NCBI RefSeq assembly: GCF_006345805.1
Contig: NC_043001.1
Span: 98,270,001 to 98,334,000, forward strand
Direction: 5' to 3'
Source: Octopus sinensis
Taxonomy: Eukaryota
Length of the DNA stretch: 64,000 nucleotides
The translations under genes and the position numbers were made by a program. The notes under the pieces were generated by a model. That model was not told where the DNA came from, made no database searches, and was given only the letters and a program-made list of their open reading frames with translations. This document shows positions 61,968-64,000 of this stretch, piece by piece. Numbering within the stretch: the first letter of the stretch is position 1; each line of letters opens with the position of its first letter.

Positions 61968-63374
61968 TATTTCTATTTATTTACTTATTTATTTATTCAT
62001 GTTTTTATTTTTATTTTACTTGTATTTTTATTCATTTATTTATTTATCCATTCATTCTTCCTTTTTTTTGGCACTTATTAATTTATAATTAATTTAATTC
62101 ATAATTAATTTACTCATATCTTAATTAATAGTAATTTCTGCTTACGTATCGTGTATGCATGTATACGTCCTTTGATGGACAGTCGTATATCTTGTTATTT
62201 AGTAAATATAGGTAGAAATGTCGAAATGTGTTCATATATATATGTATGTGTATGTATATGTTTGTATGTATATATATGTTCAGAGATGGCTATAAGGGTG
62301 TATGTTGTTCTTATGCATATGAGTACGCAAGTACGTATCTGAATATGTATATATGTTTATGCGAATACTTGCAATCACAGTACGTTAAAATTTATTAATG
62401 TTTATGCGTCGAAATGTGTCCACATGTGTCCACATGTGTATATATATATGTGTATGTATGTTTTTGTATGTATATGTGTATTCATGGGTGGATATATATA
62501 TATATATATATTTCTTATACGTATAGGTGCGCATGTATACATTTGAATGTGTATATATGTATATGCGAATGTCTGCAGACACAGTATATAGGAGTGTATC
62601 AATGTTTATACATATGTGCGTGTGTGTGTATAAACGCTACATTGTGTACAAATGTTGGTATAGTTTTTCCCTTGCCTACGCTAGTGTAGTAGAAACCTAA
62701 AGCTATCAACAAACCAACCGTAGGAAAGACAATGGTAATCTAATTTCAAACCCACAGGCCAATCATAATTTAGCGCTAGATCCGTACCTATTTCTGAAAT
62801 AATAGTGTATTTGTCACAAGGAAAATTATAAACTTAAAATCGGACTTACATATGAACACCTGTGGATTTATTGTAGTATAAACAGAATGCTGGTACTCCA
62901 TATTTCGTATGTATATGCGGATATATAACACTTTGCACGGTTTTGTAATACTATTGTGACTATATTGTTAATAATGAATTTATGTATTGTTTCTCAGTAT
63001 TAGCGTTATTGATAATAATATGAATGATGATATTGGTAGCATTAGTGGTAACGACAGTGATAATGATGCTAGCATTAATGACATTTTGGAAATTAATAAG
63101 AACTAATAGAAAGTAACCTTGACTCACTATATCTACATTTAGATATTAATGTGTATGTTTTTCTACATTGTAATTATCACAACATTAAGTTAAAAAACTG
63201 TAACATTGAATGTGGAGCATATGTATGTTTATTAATTTTTATTATTTATATCATTATGTATATATATATTTATATGTATATGAGTATGAGTATATGCACT
63301 CATATGTATATGTATATGTTTTATTATGGGTATACACCCACACCTTTATAAGTATATATGTAATCTAATTTGTA

Positions 63375-63501
63375 ATCTCCGAAGAGGCCTTAGGGTGTTT
63401 TTGTAAATGTCTCATTTATAACTACATATTGACCTACCATAAATGGCTAATATGAGTTGAATGAGACATGCATATCTACATGGCCGAAACAGCTGTAAGA
63501 T
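63375..63501 (+). ncRNA. Hammerhead ribozyme motif with extended stem II (Penelope pLTR)
   Basis: ATCT-CCGAAGA-GGCC[long hairpin including ATGTCTCATT/AATGAGACAT]GGCC-GAAAC-AGCT-GTA-AGAT. Confidence 0.7.
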
Positions 63502-63711
63502 ATAGTCTATATTTATATTTATGTTCTATTATGCGTATTCTACTTATTGTATAACATTACTATTTTATGTACACCCCTTCATGTACAGTTTTACCCTGCA
63601 TTATTATGTTTAACCTTATAGTTTCTTATGTAGTGGTTTAATAAAGTATGTGATAGAGTATTATCTGGTAATTGATATTTGATTTCGATGTATTTCTCCA
63701 TTTTCTTATTT

Positions 63712-63776
<65 letters not shown>

Positions 63777-63779
63777 GTG

Positions 63780-63940
63780 TGTGTGTATGTGTCTTTGTGT
63801 TTGTTTCTCACCACCGCATCGCATTCGGTATTGGACTGTTTACGTCTCTGTAACTTAGCGATTCAGCAAAAACTGCCGATAGAATAATTAATACCAGGCT
63901 ATAAAAGTAAGTCCTGGGGCCAATTCGTTCGGCTGAAGAC
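63780..63940 (+). mobile_element. Degenerate family A SINE 3' half
   Basis: GTAACTTAGCG..CCGATAGAATAA..AAGTCCTGGGG. Confidence 0.6.
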
Positions 63941-64000
63941 CTTAACGTGCAAGTAGCTGGGTACTCCGCAGACATCTGTGCCCTTAACGTAATTCCCGGG

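Larger units (their letters stand above)
58575..63716 (+). mobile_element. 5'-truncated Penelope-like element (linker, GIY-YIG, long 3' UTR/pLTR) split by a CR1
   Basis: Removing the CR1 restores SVNSCNCRSRNQCVFGNKCLRKEVVYQC..KVYIGATKNSIKQRLNYH..STGLSTYIWELK. Confidence 0.85.

Overview
AT-rich, repeat-dense animal genomic DNA. The SINE families look cephalopod (octopus-like); that is an inference, not a database match. There is one 100-bp N gap. One intact host gene is present: a five-exon + strand ubiquitin-ribosomal protein eL40 (UBA52/RPL40-type) locus at about 38.5-49.2 kb, invisible in the ORF track because it is spliced. Its eL40 tail is highly conserved (45/52 identical to human by manual alignment), but the N-terminal 76-aa 'ubiquitin' is only 37/76 identical to canonical ubiquitin, keeps only K11 and K48, and ends in LRLPGG. 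It is therefore a ubiquitin-LIKE leader on eL40, the most striking observation here. The rest is mobile DNA: a near-intact Tx1/L1-clade LINE inserted into a SINE with which it shares its 3' end, a CR1 LINE nested in a Penelope element, several Penelope fragments with hammerhead-ribozyme motifs, a tRNA-headed element with a hammerhead remnant, a full-length decayed mariner, non-autonomous Helitrons, MITEs/foldbacks, at least four short retroposon families, and long microsatellites. Repeat boundaries were read by eye and are approximate unless a TSD or TIR is given.
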